Part shown: positions 61,352 through 64,000 of the stretch, piece by piece | How the letters are laid out: each line of letters begins with the position of its first letter | Numbering within the stretch: the stretch's first letter is position 1 | The notes under the pieces: model-generated | Seen by the model: the letters and a program-made list of their open reading frames with translations, nothing else | Told to the model about the DNA's origin: nothing | Databases searched by the model: none | Position numbers and translations under genes: made by a program | Source of the DNA: Somniosus microcephalus | Lineage: Eukaryota | NCBI GenBank assembly: GCA_052327205.1 | Contig: CM126222.1 | Coordinates: 53,506,001 to 53,570,000 of the forward strand | Direction of reading: 5' to 3' | Length of the DNA: 64,000 nucleotides

Positions 61352-61914
61352 ATGCTGTGCAACCATGTCCATACTTCCTGGTGATCCAGTAGTGAGTGTG
61401 CTTTCAGTTCCTGGCTGTATTTGTTTCCTTAGAATTAGCAGCTACGGCAATACAGTTCCCAAGGAATTTTTCTGGAAAGGTCAAAATTAAAGTCCAAATA
61501 AACCCAAATATGCATCTCTATTCACCATCAATGCCATACAATGATCTGCTGCCTGACGATGTACTTTTGTAGCATGACTACTCCTGGTAACTACTTTTCT
61601 TTGACAGTTAAAACTGGTATTTCCACTTAGGTTATCTCAATTATAATCAGACTTACTAAAATTAGCCTCTCACCCACATTATAATTATTTTTTTAAATTC
61701 CAGCATACAGAAATAAGGAGCAAAGTTGCATCTGAAAAATAGTGTTCAAAATCATTTTGTTGAAGATCCAATTAGCAACTATACTGTAGTAAATATCTAT
61801 AATCTTGCATGAAATTGGTTTCCACTTACGTAAAGGTAAATCAGTGTGCTACAATGTCAATGTGGCAAATATTTCAAGATTATACCAGTGAACATTCATG
61901 AACCCCTTTTTGAG

Positions 61915-62109
61915 CAGGCCATTTAGCCCCTCAAGCCTGTTCCGCCATTCAGTTAGATCATGGCTGATCTGTACCTTAACTCCATTTACCCATCTTTTCT
62001 CCATATCGTTTGATACCCTTACCTAACAAAAACCAATCGATCTCAGTCTTGAAATTTCAATTGACCGAGCAACCATAGGCTTTTGGGGAAGAGTTTCCCA
62101 GATTGCCAC
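61915..62109 (-). mobile_element. CR1 3' end, cut by Gypsy G4
   Basis: AGGCCATTTAGCCCCTCAAGCCTGTTCCGCCATTCAGTTAGATCATGGCTGATC. Confidence 0.8.
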
Positions 62110-64000
62110 TGTTAGATCCGTGTATCTTGATGTTGTGTGTCCTTCAATAACTAGACAAGAGACTGCAGGGAACAATCAACAGGTGTTTACTGGATGAGGG
62201 TTACTCTAAAACTAAACTGTACAGATCCCTACTCAGGGTTTATATACAGGTGTGGTCACTGCCGGTACTACAGTATACAGGAGCTGTAAAAAGTAGTTCT
62301 CCCCTTAAAGGTACATACACTACAATTCCTCCCCTTTTAGATTAACAGTACCATAACATTCATTTAACAATTAACACTTTTAACATGCAACAATAACTGA
62401 AAATAGTCCATTTATAAATTCAGTCTTGGGGCGGCTTCCTGATCCTTTCTGGATAGCGCCTTTCCTGAGTGTCTTGCTCTTGGTGCGGAGGCGATTCTGG
62501 CCCCCTGTCGTCGGTTGGTTCATCAGCTTCTGATGCTACTGTTTCTGGGGTAGATGCTACCTGTATGTCGGGTTCATTACCAGGTACGCGAGACATGGGG
62601 TTGACTCGTTCCTGTGACTCTAGGATCTGGTCGACATGGCATCTCACAATGTTCTCCCCAACATCCACTGTGTACATTAGTGGCCCCTGCCGTGTGCATG
62701 TCGTTCCTGGTTGCCATTTCTCTGTTCGGTAGTCGCGGGCCAAGACTGGTTGCCCTATATTGAAGCTCCTTGTCGGCTTCTCATTGATGTGCTGGAATTG
62801 CTTATTCTCAACATCTCTTCGTACATTTGGTCTGAGCAAATCCAGACGAGATCTCAACCTTCGGTTAAAGAACATCATGGCCGGGGTCTGGTTGGTGACT
62901 GCATGTGTCGCATTTCTGTAGGCGAACAGGAAATTGTCCACCTTATGCTGCAGTGGAATGTCGTCATCGCACATGGCCCTTACTGCTTTTTTAAAGGTTT
63001 GTACGAACCTCTCAGCCAATCCATTTGTGGCTGGATGATACGGGGCGGATGTGTAATGCCTTACCCCATTCCTTTTCATGCATCTTCGAAACTCTTCGGA
63101 CACAAACTGTGGTCCGTTATCAGAGCAAATCTGCTCTGGCAAGCCGTTCCTGGCAAATATGGTCCGTAGGACTGCAATAGTTTTCTCCGTGGTGGTGGGG
63201 GACATTTTGATGACCTCAGGCCATTTTGAGTGTGCATCCACGGCTATTAAAAACATTGAGTCCATGAATGGACCAGCAAAATCTATATGCACCCGTTGCC
63301 ATGGAGATGAGGGCCAATCCCATGGGTGTAGAGGGGCATGTGGTGGTGCATTTTGGACCTTCTGGCATCCTGAGCAGCTCTTTGTCAGGTCCTCGATTTG
63401 CTGATCCCCGGCCATCACACATAAGCCCTAGCAAGGCTTTCCATTTTCACCCCTCCCAGATGGCCTTCGTGAAGCTCATTGAGCACTCTCTCCCTTAACT
63501 TGGGTGGAATTACCACTCGGGATCCACACATCAAGGTCCCCTGGCATACTGACAGCTGTTCTCTTCTGGGTGAGAATGCTGGCAACAGTGAGTCGCCATG
63601 TGTTGGCCATCCCTTCACCGTCAAGTCATATACCCGAGACAGTGTCGGGTCATTTCGGGCCTCCTTCTCTATATCAGCGTTAGTTACTGGCAAGCGTTCA
63701 ATTATAGTCGAATGAAATATTTCGACAGGGTCCACTGCTGGTGCTTCCTCCACAGTAGGCAGTGGCAGGCGTGATAGCCCATCAGCGTTTCCATGCTGTT
63801 TCGTGCCCTTATACTCGATTTCATATTGGTTCGCCCCTAGAAAAAGGGACCATCTTTGTAGCCGTTGCGCAGTCATCACCGGAACGCCCTTCTTTGGATT
63901 AAAGATGGAGACAAGTGGTTGGTGGTCAGTCAGCAAGGTGAACTTCTGCCCGTGCAGATAGTGGTTGAACGTTTTCACTCCCCACAATAGGCTGAGGGCC
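62110..64000 (-). mobile_element. Gypsy G4 (G2/G3 family): 3' LTR, PPT, RNase H and integrase; continues beyond the window
   Basis: LTR at 62110-62324 followed by a PPT. ORFs 63415..63987 and 62420..63418 are frameshifted relative to each other and nearly identical to G3. Confidence 0.95.

Noticed and set aside
61004-61372. 122-aa repeat protein
   Set aside because: It is a translation of the 69-bp monomer array; there is no evidence of coding function, though a uORF cannot be excluded.

Overview
Eukaryotic, almost certainly cartilaginous-fish (shark-like) intergenic or intronic DNA made almost entirely of nested transposable elements. The taxon is inferred from HER1/CR1-type 3' tails and DeuSINE/SacSINE1-like SINEs. 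I recognised no convincing host protein-coding gene, tRNA/rRNA gene or CRISPR array. Main content: three complete Gypsy LTR retrotransposons with 5-bp TSDs (3760-8416, 40899-45899, 51252-56434), one running off the window end and one truncated/rearranged; five solo LTRs; a complete two-gene PIF/Harbinger transposon (26257-30533) with cognate and related nested MITEs; a near full-length CR1 LINE with an esterase ORF1 and a 69-bp tandem 5' monomer array; many CR1 and other LINE fragments; Penelope-like sequences with hammerhead ribozyme motifs; SINEs; and a local three-copy duplication at 12.4-20.5 kb. Most interesting: a structured RNA cassette between two 3' tails of a CR1, a Gypsy whose primer-binding site is complementary to its own LTR (possible self-priming), TATA- and splice-donor-bearing CR1 5' monomers, extended tRNA-Ser-like PBSs, and a core-plus-spacer repeat between the convergent Harbinger genes. 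Family names come from motif recognition only; no database search was run. Boundaries of degraded fragments are approximate.
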